Made by a program: the position numbers and the translations under genes
From: Candidatus Hydrogenedentota bacterium
GTDB taxonomy: Bacteria > Hydrogenedentota > Hydrogenedentia > Hydrogenedentales > SLHB01
NCBI GenBank assembly: GCA_963745075.1
Contig: CAVUWV010000036.1
Coordinates: forward strand, 128,001 to 192,000
Length of the DNA: 64,000 bases
Direction: 5' to 3'
In this document: piece by piece, positions 30,029 to 41,346 of the stretch
How the letters are laid out: each line of letters opens with the position of its first letter
Numbering within the stretch: the stretch's first letter is position 1
The notes under the pieces: model-generated
Seen by the model: only the letters and a program-made list of their open reading frames with translations
Databases searched by the model: none
What the model was told of the DNA's origin: nothing

Positions 30029-33000
30029 GCCAATTCGAGATAATCGTCAAGCAACGTGACCGGTGTTTCACTACCGGTTGCAACACCTCTTCGGCGTTGG
30101 CGCCGGTCATCTTTTCGGCTTTGCCGTACCCGCCGCCCCCTGGAGTCTCAATGATGATGACATCCCCGGTCTCCACATCCAATGCCGCATGCCCGGGCAA
30201 CTCCGTCGTTTCTCCGTCGCGTTCGTGGGTGTTGCGGCCCGGTTGGCCCGGTTCGCCGCCGTCGACGCCGAAAGGTTGCGTGATGCGGCGTTCGGTCAAC
30301 AGTGAGACGGACATCGGTTCGCGAAACTCAATGCGGCGAATGACGCCGTCGCCACCCCGCCCTCGACCCTTCCCGCCGGACCCGCGACGGATACTGAACT
30401 CTTGTAGAATGACCGGGTACCGCAGTTCGAGCACTTCAGGATCGGTGATGCGGGTGTTGGTCATGTGGACGTGCACGGCGGACGCGCCAACAAACCCCGG
30501 ACCCGCACCCGCGCCACCGCAGATGGTTTCGTAGTAGCCAAAATCTTTGGTGCCGAAGCTGAAATTGTTCATCGTCCCCTGGCTCGCGGCAACCACGCCC
30601 AAGGCGCCGTACAACACATCGACCACCCGCTGCGAAGTCTCTACGTTTCCGCCCACGACAGCAGCGGGATACGTGGGGTTAAGCAGCGATCCCTCAGGGA
30701 TGCGGACTTCGATCGGATCGAGGCAGCCGCTGTTCAACGGAATGGGTTTGCCGATGAGCGTGCGGAATACGTAGAGCACGGCAGCGATAGTGACTGCCGG
30801 TGGCGCGTTCAGGTTGGTGTCGAGTTGCGCATCGGTGCCGGTGAAATCGACGATGGCGCGTTCGCCCTCGACCGTAATGGCGCACCGGATCGCCGCGCCG
30901 CTGTCGAGGTGATCCTCAAAGCGGTGGACGCCGTCCGGCAAGGCGCGGATGGCGTCGCGCATGGAGTCCGCCGCGTTCGCGCGGACGTGGCTCATGTACG
31001 CGCGCACAACGTCGACACCATACTGTGTGCAGAGGTCCCGCAACAGTCGCACGCCCGCGTTGTTCGCCGCAATCTGCGCGCGCAAATCGCTCAGACGTTC
31101 CGTCATGTTGCGCGCGGGATAGGGGCCTTCGCTAAGCTTGGCGACGATATCGCTTTCGTGGAACCGGCCCTCGGATACCAATTTGAAATTGTGCAGCACG
31201 ACGCCTTCCTCGTCGAGACTGCGCGAGAACGGCGGCATGGACCCCGGCGCGATACCGCCGATATCCGCGTGGTGTCCGCGATTGGCCACGAGAAACAGCA
31301 GTTCGTTGGACTCGGAAAACACGGGCGTCACGACCGTCACGTCGGGCAGGTGCGAACCGCCGTGATAAGGATCGTTGGTCACGTACACATCGCCCGGACG
31401 CATCCCGTCCGGATTCGCCTTTACCATGGCCTTCACGCTTTCGCCCATGGCGCCAAGATGCACGGGAATGTGCGGCGCGTTCGCGACCAGTTCGCCCGCA
31501 TCCGTGAAGATCGCGCAGGAAAAGTCGAGCCGTTCTTTGATGTTCACGCTATGGCTCACCCGTTCGAGGGTCGTGCCCATCTGATCGGCAATGGACATGA
31601 ACAGGTTGTTGAAGACCTCCAGCAGGACCGGATCGCATTCGGTCGCGACGCGTTCCCGCGCGATGCGTTCACTCGCCGTGAGCACGAGATGGCCGTGCGA
31701 ATTCACTTCCGCCGTCCAACCGGGATCGACCATGACCGTGGACACCACCTCCACAATCAGCGCGGGACCCGTCACGCGCATGCCGGGTTCAAGCCGCGCG
31801 CGTTCGTACACGGGCGTATCAACGGTTTCAAGCGCGCGCGTTCCGTCCTCGTGGAGTACATCGAAATGCACGGTCACCGTGTCGATGCGGAGATCGTCAG
31901 GAACGTCGCGCGGTTCGCAAGGCGCTTCCGGCTCATCCGGTTTGTCTGTGTGCCCGACCGTTTCGACGCGGATGTTTAAGATTTCAGTTGGATGGCCTTC
32001 TTTGACAAATCCGTACAGGGTTTGATGCTGCGCTTCGAAATCCTCGCGCAAGGTTTCCGGATCGCGAATAACCACGTTCAAGGACGTATCGACCCCCACG
32101 TACCGCAAATCGAGCGAACGTTCCTCGGTCGTATGCGTCGCGTCAAACCCTTCCGCCTCGATGGTGCGACGGCCGTCCGCTTCCAAGCGCGCGAAGCGGG
32201 ATTCCAGCTGCTCCAGCGTGTCCGCGTCCAACGGGCACAACACCGCTTCCACGTCGGCGTGGATCATGTCGGCAAGCCCCATGCCGTATGCACTGAGTAC
32301 GCCCGCGTGGGGATGCAACAGAATCGTGCGGATGCCGAGCGTGTCCGCGATGGCGCAGGCGTGTTGCGCGCCCGCCCCGCCGAAACAGGCGAGGGCATAC
32401 TCCTGCACGTCGTACCCGCGCGCCACGCTGATTTCTTTGATGGGTTTCGCCATGTTCTCGTTGGCGATGCGGACGAACCCGGCCGCGGTTTCCTCGACCG
32501 TGAGGTCGCGCCCGGTGCTCTCGCGCACGTACTGCGCAATGGTCACCAGTTTTTCACGCGACGCCTCCGCGTCCAGCGGTTCATCCGCATCGGGACCGAA
32601 GCACGTGGGGAAATACGTGGGCTGGATGCGCCCGAGCACGAGGTTCGCGTCGGTCACCGCGGCCGGACCGCCGCGCCGGTAACACGCGGGACCCGGGTTG
32701 GCGCCCGCGCTTTCAGGTCCCACAGTGAAGCGATGCCCGTCGAAGGCGAGGATAGAGCCGCCGCCCGCGGCCACCGTTTCGATGTACATCATCGGCGCCT
32801 TGATCCGTACGCCCGCGACGAACTTCTCAAAGATGCGCTCGTAGCGCCCGTCGTACCGGCTCACGTCCGTGCTGGTGCCGCCCATGTCGAATCCGATAGC
32901 CTTTTGAAAACCCGCGAGTTTGCTCACGTGCGCGTAGGCCACGACGCCCCCCGCCGGTCCGGACAGGATCGCATCCTTGCCCGAAAACCGATCCGCGTCC

Positions 33001-33743
33001 GCCAGTCCGCCATTAGATTGCATGAACCGCAGCGGTGTGCCGTCGTCCAGGAACGTGCGAAGCCGATCAATGTAGCCGCGCATGATGGGTGTGAGGTAGG
33101 CGTCCGCCATGGTCGTGTCGCCCCGGCCTACGGCTTTGATCTCCTGTGCGACGCGGTGGCTGAGGCTGACTTGCGCGAACCCCGCGTCCCGCGCGAGGCG
33201 CTCCACGAGCAACTCGTGTTCAGGATAGGCGTAGCTGTGCAGGAACAACACCGCCAACGCATCCGCGCCGCGATCCCGCAGTTCCCGCAACGCCACGCGC
33301 ACCGCGTCTTCCGAAAGCGGCGTCCGCACCGTCCCGTCCGCCAGCACCCGTTCATCGACCTCGACAATCGCGTGCGCCAGCGTAACCGGTTTCCGAATTT
33401 CCAACGCAAACAACTCCGGCCGATCCTGATACCCAATCTCCAGGAGATCCGCAAACCCCCGCGTCGTGATGAGCCCAACCTTCGCACCTTTGCGTTCCAG
33501 CAACGCATTCGTGGCCAGCGTCGTCCCCATCTTCACGGATCGAATCCGCGCGCTCGGAATCGGCTCGTCCGCGCCCAACCCCATCAACACCCGGATCGCG
33601 TGCAACGGCGCGTCGTCGTAATGTTCCGGGTCCTCGCTCAACAACTTATGGACATGGATCCCCCCCTCCGGGTCTCGCGCCACCACGTCGGTAAACGTGC
33701 CGCCGCGGTCGATCCAGAATTGCCAGTGGTTGTTGGTGCTCAT
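29946..33743 (-). CDS. oplA: Fused hydantoinase A/B 5-oxoprolinase (ATP-hydrolysing)
   Basis: [85 protein letters not shown]; true 3' end uncertain. Confidence 0.93.
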   Translation of the reverse strand: MSTNNHWQFWIDRGGTFTDVVARDPEGGIHVHKLLSEDPEHYDDAPLHAIRVLMGLGADEPIPSARIRSVKMGTTLATNALLERKGAKVGLITTRGFADLLEIGYQDRPELFALEIRKPVTLAHAIVEVDERVLADGTVRTPLSEDAVRVALRELRDRGADALAVLFLHSYAYPEHELLVERLARDAGFAQVSLSHRVAQEIKAVGRGDTTMADAYLTPIMRGYIDRLRTFLDDGTPLRFMQSNGGLADADRFSGKDAILSGPAGGVVAYAHVSKLAGFQKAIGFDMGGTSTDVSRYDGRYERIFEKFVAGVRIKAPMMYIETVAAGGGSILAFDGHRFTVGPESAGANPGPACYRRGGPAAVTDANLVLGRIQPTYFPTCFGPDADEPLDAEASREKLVTIAQYVRESTGRDLTVEETAAGFVRIANENMAKPIKEISVARGYDVQEYALACFGGAGAQHACAIADTLGIRTILLHPHAGVLSAYGMGLADMIHADVEAVLCPLDADTLEQLESRFARLEADGRRTIEAEGFDATHTTEERSLDLRYVGVDTSLNVVIRDPETLREDFEAQHQTLYGFVKEGHPTEILNIRVETVGHTDKPDEPEAPCEPRDVPDDLRIDTVTVHFDVLHEDGTRALETVDTPVYERARLEPGMRVTGPALIVEVVSTVMVDPGWTAEVNSHGHLVLTASERIARERVATECDPVLLEVFNNLFMSIADQMGTTLERVSHSVNIKERLDFSCAIFTDAGELVANAPHIPVHLGAMGESVKAMVKANPDGMRPGDVYVTNDPYHGGSHLPDVTVVTPVFSESNELLFLVANRGHHADIGGIAPGSMPPFSRSLDEEGVVLHNFKLVSEGRFHESDIVAKLSEGPYPARNMTERLSDLRAQIAANNAGVRLLRDLCTQYGVDVVRAYMSHVRANAADSMRDAIRALPDGVHRFEDHLDSGAAIRCAITVEGERAIVDFTGTDAQLDTNLNAPPAVTIAAVLYVFRTLIGKPIPLNSGCLDPIEVRIPEGSLLNPTYPAAVVGGNVETSQRVVDVLYGALGVVAASQGTMNNFSFGTKDFGYYETICGGAGAGPGFVGASAVHVHMTNTRITDPEVLELRYPVILQEFSIRRGSGGKGRGRGGDGVIRRIEFREPMSVSLLTERRITQPFGVDGGEPGQPGRNTHERDGETTELPGHAALDVETGDVIIIETPGGGGYGKAEKMTGANAEEVLQPVVKHRSRCLTIISNWPTVRNDGSPRACWAVRNNRTTASRTPR

Positions 33744-33838
33744 ACGTGGAATTCACCGTTGTGATTGGTCCCGCTACCGTAGCACATCTGCGGGGTGACC
33801 GTTGAATGACGAGAACAATAGAACGCGGATTTTGGGAA

Positions 33839-34643
33839 TCACGCGTTCCCAACCGCTTTGAAGAACGTATAGCAAAACACCCCGTCTTCCTCCGCGGCGC
33901 GACGGAGGCCCTGGACGCCGTTTTCGAAGGTCTCGGCGTCGATGACGTGTTGTCCGATGGCGTCGGTGCGGACGCCTTCGATCATGGCGGTGAAGGTGTT
34001 CTTGGTAAATCCCTCGACGTAGTTGGGGCGGCTGGAGTCGACGTAGACCATGCGGGGGGAGACGTGGCAGTCGCGGTAGCCGGCCTGGGTCAGGAGCGGG
34101 TAGAGTTGGCGGCCGATGTTGGCGTTGCCGCCCGCGCGGGCCTGGAGTTCGACGAGGGCTGCGACGGCTTTCAGGGTGTCGTCGTTGTGGGGATGCATGA
34201 AGGTCGAGCCGTGATCGCCTTCAATGACGGTGAGCGTGCCGCCGGGCTTGATGAGGCGGCGCAACGCGGCGAGTGCAGCCTCGGGTTGCGCCAGATGTTC
34301 GAGCACGAAGCATACGAAGGCGTGGTCGAAGGAGGCGTCGTCAAAGGGTAGATTGAAAATGTCGCCTTCGTGAAAGGTGACGTTGGTCGAAACCGCGTTG
34401 CTCGATCTCCGCGCGCGCTTGCGCCAGCGACGACGGCGAGATATCCACCGACGTGAACCGGGCGCCGGGACTTCGTTTCGCGAGGATATGAGTCTGCGCG
34501 CCGACGCCGCACCCGGCCTCCAGCACGTGACTGCCCTCGGGATAGGCCGTGTTACCGTGGAGCAATTCGTCGAGGGTCTTGGCCTGATCTTGCAGGCGGG
34601 TACTTTCGCGCGGGTCGTATCCGTGGACGTAGGAATTGGTCAT
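33839..34643 (-). CDS. Class I SAM-dependent methyltransferase (indel(s) near 34370-34400)
   Basis: MTNSYVHGY...RLQDQA, VLEAGCGVGAQT, then LEHL...KPGGTLTVIEGDHGS in a second frame. Confidence 0.88.
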
Positions 34644-34746
34644 GGTTGATGGTCCCCCCGGAGCGCGGTTTGGGCGCCCAAGGTGATCGTAGTGGATGGT
34701 GAGGGCTTGGGTAAAGAACGGGACCGCCAATTTCTTCGCAAAATTT

Positions 34747-34898
34747 TGGAGTGCGGCCGCTTGCGGCTGCTTTTCTTCGGCTATTTCAAGTGTCCTAATA
34801 CGTACAAAACTCGTGTCGCCAGAAGACAGTTGCATTCGCTGCTCACAAACCGCAGGCAAGCCTGCTCATCAAAAGCAGCCGCAAGCGGCCGCACTCCA
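34747..34898. repeat. REP doublet/MITE-like element, family A, copy 2
   Basis: 28-bp perfect inverted repeat TGGAGTGCGGCCGCTTGCGGCTGCTTTT (34747-34774 / 34871-34898). Confidence 0.9.
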
Positions 34899-34929
34899 CA
34901 GCTGCGCTGAAATTGCGCAATGCTGTCCC

Positions 34930-36453
34930 TCACTGGCTCCAGGCGGGGAGTTCGCCGGGGGTGATGTTCAAGACCGGCATGACGATTAAGTACGTGACCA
35001 ACACGACCAGCACGACCCCGACCAGATTCAGCACGAACCCGGTGCGGGCCATTTGCGGCACGGTGATGTGGCCGCTGCCGAAGACGATCGCGTTGGGCGG
35101 TGTTGCGACGGGCATCATGAACGCCATGGATGCGCTCAGCGTCGCGGGCACGAGCAGGACGAGGGGGTGGAGATGCAACGCCTTTGTGGCCGTCACGGCG
35201 AGGATGGGCAGCATGATGTTCGCCAGCGCGGTGTTTGACGTGAACTCGGTGAGGAAGGTGACGGCAGCGCACATAATCAAGAGAATCGCGAGCAGCGGGA
35301 ATCCCGACAACACGTGAAGGTGACCGCCTACCCATTCGACCAAGCCGGTGTCGCTGAACCCCTGCGCGATAGCGAAACCGCCGCCGAACAGCAGCAGCAC
35401 CCCCCACGGGATGCGCACGGCCCAATCCCAGTCCAACGTGGTTTCGCCCGTCTTTCGGTCGACGGGAATCACAAAAAGCAGCACGGCGAAGAAGACCGCC
35501 ACCGTTCCGTCGTTGACATACTTCGCGTGGGCCAACAGACTCGACCATCCCGGGATCGTGTAGTCACCGATCTGCAAATCGGAACGCGTGATCCACGCGA
35601 GCGCCGTCATGCAGAACACAATCAGTACGATGCTTTCGCCCCGGTTCATGGGACCCAGCGCGGCCAGCCGTTCCCGCACCGCACTTTCGCCGTCGGACTG
35701 CGTTCCCAGTTCGCCGATAGGACAGAGGACCTTCGTCAACAGCAACCAAACAATCGGAATGAAGACTACGACGAACGGCACCGCGAAGATCATCCATTGC
35801 AGGAATCCAATGCGCGGCGCGTCGGGGAAAATGTGGTTCATCGTTCCCGCGAGCACGATGTTGGGCGGTGTGCCGACGATGGTGCCGGTGCCGCCGATGC
35901 TGGCGGCGTATGCGATGGCGAGCATCAAGCACACGCCGAAGTTACCGGCCGATTTGTCACCGGTCTTGTGGGCCACCTCATCGATCACCGCAAGGCCGAT
36001 GGGCAGCATCATCATGGCGGTCGCGGAATTCGAGATCCACATCGACAGAAACGCCGTCGCGATCATAAATCCCAATACAAGCCGGCTCGGATTGCCGCCG
36101 GTCCGTGCGACAATGTTCAAGGCGATGCGTTCGTGCAGCCGCCACTTCTGCATCGCCATCGCGATAAAGAACCCGCCGGCAAACAGGAAAATGTTGGGAT
36201 CGCCGTAGGACGCCGCGAGATCCTTGCCGCTCATCACGCCGAGAAGGGGAAACAGCGCCAGGGGCAAGAGCGATGTCGCTGGAATGGGGATCGCCTCGCT
36301 GATCCACCAGACCCCCATGAGCACGGCGACCGCCGCGACGCGCTGGCCTTCCGGTGACATCCCCGCGGGCGTCGGACTCAGAATCGTCACGAGCAACGCA
36401 ATCGGCCCGAGGTAGAGCCCGATGCGCCGTAGTCTTCCCGGTGCTGCGTTCAA
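34930..36453 (-). CDS. SLC13/DASS sodium:dicarboxylate/sulfate symporter
   Basis: WWISEAIPIPATSL, SMWISNSATAMMMLP, GTPPN, TEFTSNTA, PVATPPNAIVF. Confidence 0.93.
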   Translation of the reverse strand: MNAAPGRLRRIGLYLGPIALLVTILSPTPAGMSPEGQRVAAVAVLMGVWWISEAIPIPATSLLPLALFPLLGVMSGKDLAASYGDPNIFLFAGGFFIAMAMQKWRLHERIALNIVARTGGNPSRLVLGFMIATAFLSMWISNSATAMMMLPIGLAVIDEVAHKTGDKSAGNFGVCLMLAIAYAASIGGTGTIVGTPPNIVLAGTMNHIFPDAPRIGFLQWMIFAVPFVVVFIPIVWLLLTKVLCPIGELGTQSDGESAVRERLAALGPMNRGESIVLIVFCMTALAWITRSDLQIGDYTIPGWSSLLAHAKYVNDGTVAVFFAVLLFVIPVDRKTGETTLDWDWAVRIPWGVLLLFGGGFAIAQGFSDTGLVEWVGGHLHVLSGFPLLAILLIMCAAVTFLTEFTSNTALANIMLPILAVTATKALHLHPLVLLVPATLSASMAFMMPVATPPNAIVFGSGHITVPQMARTGFVLNLVGVVLVVLVTYLIVMPVLNITPGELPAWSQ

Positions 36454-36537
36454 CGGTAAGTCCCCGTTACAGGTGTAGACAGCAAGAATTCATTGCCGCG
36501 AACGCACGGCCCATTCGTAAACCATGTGTTGCGACTC

Positions 36538-36710
36538 AAGAACATCCCCCTTGATCCCCCTTCAAAGGGGGAATTATTCAAAACCCCACTGGTGGAAATG
36601 TTCTCATATGATTGCGCGATCTGAAGCTCTCGGCTGTCCCCGCCGCGCGAGTATAGCGAGCGCGATTCCCCCTTTGAAGGGGGCAGACGCGAAGCGTCGA
36701 GGGGGATGTT
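36538..36710. repeat. REP doublet, family B, copy 1
   Basis: AAGAACATCCCCCTTGATCCCCCTTCAAAGGGGGAA (36538-36573) and inverted arm 36666-36710 carrying a GACGC-GAA-GCGTC insert. Confidence 0.85.
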
Positions 36711-36760
36711 AAGCATTCGCTTCAAACGTTGCTCCTGTGTTTGGTTCAGAATCAGCCAAA

Positions 36761-38822
36761 TCACGGCGCCGCCGCCGCCCCGTAATACGCCAAAATACCC
36801 CGGTAAATCCCGTCCGCCACTTTGCGCTGGACTTCGGGCGACCGATACCGCGCTTCGTTATCGCCTTCTGCAATGTCGGCGGGCTGCACGAGCACCGCCG
36901 GGCACCCGGTCTGTTGCACGACGTACGCCACGGATGGCACTGCAGGCAACCCGCCCAGCGCATCGCCGATCTCCTTGGCCAACCGCGCCCCGTCCGGACT
37001 GTTGGGATAGTGGCCGGCAAAGGCGCTGCGATCCGCGCGGTGACCCGAGGCGTCGAGTGTCTTCGCGCTTTCACCGCGCGACCCCAGTGCGATTGACACC
37101 ATCATATCCGCGCCCGAATCTTCAGCAACCATCACGCGCCGGGGTTCGGACGTCTCGATGTCGCCGGGACGCGTCATTTGTACGTTCGCGCCCGCCGCAC
37201 GGAGAAGCGCGGCGGTCCGGCGCGCGATGTCGAGGGCGTAGTCGCTGGCGCGCATACCGTTCGGTCCGATGGAGCCCGCGTCGCGTCCGCCGGAGGACGG
37301 ATCGAGCACGATCGTCTTGCCGATGAGCACACCATTAGCGATTGGGTTGAGTGCCACATCGGTACGGGGGTTCTTCAGCGTCACGAATGCGGGTTCGTAC
37401 CCGGGACACCGCACGTAGATGTCATTCACGGAAATCGGAACTGCAAACCACCCTTCCGGCGTCGTGACACCGGCCGTCGTCCCGTTGACAGCAACCGCAG
37501 CGCCGCCGAGTAGCGCGTTCGTATCCGCGCGCATCACGCGCAAACTGCGGTACCGCGCATCGTCGAGGTGCAGCGTTGCCGACTGGCGCGCGCGGCCGCT
37601 GGTCAAGGTGAGTTGCGGAGTTACCCTCGGGTCTGCGAGGTAGAACCGCGCAACGCCGCCGGCCGTCGTCGCGGTGTCACCGGTCTCTTCGAGCGCGACG
37701 GTCGTGCCGTCGGCTACGCTGAACCCGAGCGCGTCGAGTAAATGCGCCTGGATCAAGATTTCGCAACCGGATTTTGCGGCAACCGGATCCGGCGCCTGGG
37801 TCACGGAAATGGCCGCGGGGGGACGGTTAACCTTCGCGTCCAGGGGGAATTCAAGCGCCGCGCCTTTGCCGTTGCGGAGGGCTACCCGCAGATGCTGCAT
37901 GCCGTTGCGTAAGGTGTCGGGAAACGTCCAAACAAAGCCACCTTCCGCTGGTTCCGCCGCACCCGGTGCAGGATCGTCGTCCAACCAGACCCGAACGGTC
38001 GTCATGTCGATGGGTAATCCGCGCGCAAACCGAACGCGCAATTCCTGGGCGCGACCATCTTCCAACGCGACGAGTTCCGCACTGGCGATCTGCGGCGGAT
38101 CGAGCGCGAAATAGTTCGCGAGACCCACCGCGATGGCGTGCGCCTCGGCGGTGATCGTCTGGTCCGTGGCCAGCGCCGCCGCGTTGGCCGCTTGCGTCAT
38201 GTACGACGACTCCAGCAGCACCGCCGGCACTTCCGCCAACCGCAGTACTTTGTAGTTGCCGGGGAGCAGGCGCCGTGCCGTCGCTGTCGCCCCCAGTTCG
38301 CGCGCCAGGGATCGCGTCAATGCCTGGGCAAGGTCGAGGCTCGCCCCTTCTTCGCGCAGTTTGTAATAGACCTCGAGATCGTTTTTGTCCGATCCCGATT
38401 CAATGTCGGCGTTGTGATGAATGCTGACGAAGGCGTCCACCCGCTGTTGGTTCGCAACGGCCCGCGCGCGCTGCGAGATCGGCCGCGAGATTTTCCGGTT
38501 GCAACACCGCGTCGTCGGTGCGGGTCATAATGACCGTCGCGCCGGCTTGTTCCAACATGCGTTGCAGACGCAGCGCAACGTTCAGGTTCACATCGGCTTC
38601 CCGAACGGCATTGGTAGGCGCGATAGCGCCGGGCCAAGGGCCCCCGTGGCCAGGATCGAGGCAAATACGCCGCCCCTGCAATGGCCCCAGATCGCCCGTG
38701 TCCACCGCAACGGGAAACTGTTCGACGGGTTCGTTCGGCCCTTCCGTCACCGGCGGCGTGGGAGGAGTCGTCTTACATCCCGCAACCAGAACTATCGCTA
38801 CCAGCACCGCAAATCGTTTCAT
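36761..38822 (-). CDS. Lipoprotein with two Amidase_3 domains (indel near 38450)
   Basis: LVAG-C lipobox; LDPGHGG, EADVNL, VSIHHNA, AVLLE; Ig-like spacers; second degenerate domain LDPSSGG...AVLVQP. Confidence 0.85.
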
Positions 38823-38961
38823 AGAAGAACATTCCCCGAGGTCGTACATCTACATGCGCAGCCAGAGTGACGGAAGGGGTGCGGGCAATTCAAGAAGGTG
38901 GGGAGACTGGAGGCAACAAGGCAGTCCCAGTTGCAGAACAGATTCTCCGCGCCAATCTGCC

Positions 38962-39011
38962 GTACCGACGGGCCGATCGGACCGATCCGTCCGATCGGTC
39001 CCATCCGGTAC
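38962..39011. repeat. Hairpin built from 9-bp CCGATC repeats
   Basis: GTACCG..GGCCGATCGGAC CGATCC GTCCGATCGGTC..CGGTAC. Confidence 0.65.
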
Positions 39012-39206
39012 AGAGCTCTAACCACTGTTGCTGTGTGTCGAGCCGCCGTAATCGCGAGCCCAGAAATTGGCAGACGCTCCCTCCAGCCTCCGCAAGATTT
39101 TTCCCCGGATTTGGCGTATGATGGTCTGCGGGGAACGACGTTCCCGTGCGGCATGGGCTTGTCGCGGTAAACCGGGGGTACACACGTTTCGGGGAGGAAC
39201 GGTGCA

Positions 39207-40034
39207 ATGGGAAACGTTTTACTGGGCATCAATCTGGAATACGTGCGGCACGAGGACAAACCCATGGAGTGGGGCGTCGAGAAGGCCGCCGAACTCGGCT
39301 ACGATTTCGTCGAGCCCATGGTCCACTGGGGGCGCGAACTGCTGAGTGAAGCGGGCTATTTTCACAGCGTCTCCATGCTGGACGATCCGTATCGCGTCAA
39401 ACGGGCCTGCGAAAAGGCCGGCGTTCGCTTGTCGGGATTGTCCGCGCATTGCCCTTTGTGCAAACCGGAAATCAGCACGGAATACCTGAAGCAGGCCGTG
39501 CGATACGCGGCGGAGTGTGGCGCGCCGGTCATCAATACCGACGAAGGCCCGAAACCAAAATGGACCACGGAAGAGGAAGACCACACCCTCATGCGGTACG
39601 TCCTGCACGAAGCCGCGCAACTGGCCGAAGCGCGCGGTATTCTCATCGGAATCGAACCGCACCAGCAATACAGCAAAACCCCGAAAGGCCTCGACAAGAT
39701 TTACGGTCTCGTCGATTCACCGGCCATCGGGATTAATTTCGACACGGGCAACAGCTACCTTTCGGGGGAAGATCCGGTCGAATGGTTGGAACACGTTCTC
39801 GACCGGCTCGTGCATCTGCATGCCAAGGACATCTCCGTGCAGCAGAGCGACGCGGAACGCGGTAAAGTCACAGGCACGCCCGTGGGCTGTGCCTGCGGCG
39901 AAGGCGTGGTCGATTGGGCCAAGGTCGTCGAGGTGTGCAAGCGCGCGAAGCGGGATATTGTCCTGAGCGTGGAATGCGGCACGGTCGATCAGGCGGAACG
40001 GAGCGTGGCGCATTTGAAGCCGTTGTTGAAGTAA
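39207..40034 (+). CDS. Sugar phosphate isomerase/epimerase (AP endonuclease 2 TIM barrel)
   Basis: GIEPH, INFDTGN, HLHAKD, GEGVVDW, LSVE. Confidence 0.9.
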   Translation: MGNVLLGINLEYVRHEDKPMEWGVEKAAELGYDFVEPMVHWGRELLSEAGYFHSVSMLDDPYRVKRACEKAGVRLSGLSAHCPLCKPEISTEYLKQAVRYAAECGAPVINTDEGPKPKWTTEEEDHTLMRYVLHEAAQLAEARGILIGIEPHQQYSKTPKGLDKIYGLVDSPAIGINFDTGNSYLSGEDPVEWLEHVLDRLVHLHAKDISVQQSDAERGKVTGTPVGCACGEGVVDWAKVVEVCKRAKRDIVLSVECGTVDQAERSVAHLKPLLK

Positions 40035-40082
40035 CGCGGGCATGGACTACTGGCTCTGAACATCGTGTGAGGGGGAATCAAC

Positions 40083-41031
40083 GTGATGGTTATGCGACGG
40101 AACATTTGGATTCTTGGTGTAGTGGTTTTGATGGGCCTCGGCACGATGCCTACCGCGTTCGGGCAAGCCAACCTGACCATGACACTGGATGCCACCCATT
40201 TGACGATTGCCTCCGGCGATCCCATCCTGCGCTACCACTACACCGACGTTCCGTTCAAACCCTACGTGCAGGAGTTGTATTCGCCCCGCGGGTTCAATCT
40301 CTTGCTCGATGCGCCTTCCGATCACCTGCACCACCACGGGCTGATGTTTGCCGTGGCCGCGAACGACGTCGATTTCTGGGCGGAAACGGAAACCTGCGGG
40401 AAGCAGATGCACCGTGGATTCACCGGCGTATCGGTTGACGAAGTGAGTGGAGTTGCGCGCGCTACCTTCTCCGAAGCGGTGGACTGGGTTCGCCCGGACG
40501 ACAACGCAACCCTGTTGAACGAAGCCCGCACGATCGCAACGTACCGCGCACCCGACTTGCCGGCGACACTCGTGACGTGGATATCCGCATTGACGCCCGC
40601 GCCGGGATTGCCGTCGGTCACGTTGACGGGTTCCCACTACTTCGGCCTCGGGTTCCGGTTCCCGCCGAGCATGGATGCCATCGGCACCTTCCGAAACTCC
40701 GCAGGGGACCTCGGACACATTGTCCGGGGCGAAGAGCGGAACGGACGCGCGAACTGGTCTTGCTACACCGCGAGTGGTCGACGGCAAACCCGAAACCGTC
40801 GCCATGTTCGACGACCCCGCCAACGCGCGGCATCCGGCGACGTGGTTCACCATGCCGGTCGGCTTCGCCTATATGTCGGCGACGCTGGATTTGAAAGCGG
40901 AACCCTTGGTCATCGAAGCGGGGAACACATTGAAGTTGCGTTATGGCGTCGCTATCTGGGACGCGGAACCCACTGACGCGGATATCGAGGCGATGTACCG
41001 TGTATGGCTCGAAAAGGCGGGGATCGATTGA
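40083..41031 (+). CDS. Secreted DUF6807/PmoA-family protein (indel near 40770)
   Basis: Signal peptide; KPYVQELYSPRG, DAPSDHLHHHGL, DFW, HYFGLGFR, FDDPANARHPATW. Confidence 0.75.
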
Positions 41032-41077
41032 GGGCAGTATTAGCGCGTGTGCGTCAAATTGAATCTTGAGACCGGAA

Positions 41078-41245
41078 GAAGAACATCCCCCTTGATCCCC
41101 CTTCAAAGGGGGAAACGTTCGCGACGCTTCGCGTCGCGTTTTGAGTTCGCCGACCAACTACTGTCGAAGAGTGTCACAATACTCATTGCCACGGATGAGA
41201 GTGCGCAACTCCCCCTTTGAAGGGGGATCAAGGGGGATGTTCTTC
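41078..41245. repeat. REP doublet, family B, copy 2
   Basis: 36-bp perfect inverted repeat GAAGAACATCCCCCTTGATCCCCCTTCAAAGGGGGA (41078-41113 / 41210-41245); internal hairpin CGCGACGC-TTC-GCGTCGCG. Confidence 0.9.
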
Positions 41246-41346
41246 GGTATGCGGGCAGCGCCGCATCATAACGTCGGATTTCGATAATCGATTAAGAATA
41301 CGATTGCGAGGAAGAACGGGGGAAGACGATTCTTAAGGAGGTCGCT

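Noticed and set aside
36450..36764. Small ORFs over repeats (also 899-1090, 38890-39207)
   Set aside because: Translations of repeat elements; no RBS or protein-like features
40083..41031. Methane monooxygenase subunit
   Set aside because: Soluble secreted DUF6807-type protein; not polytopic and no pmoB/pmoC nearby
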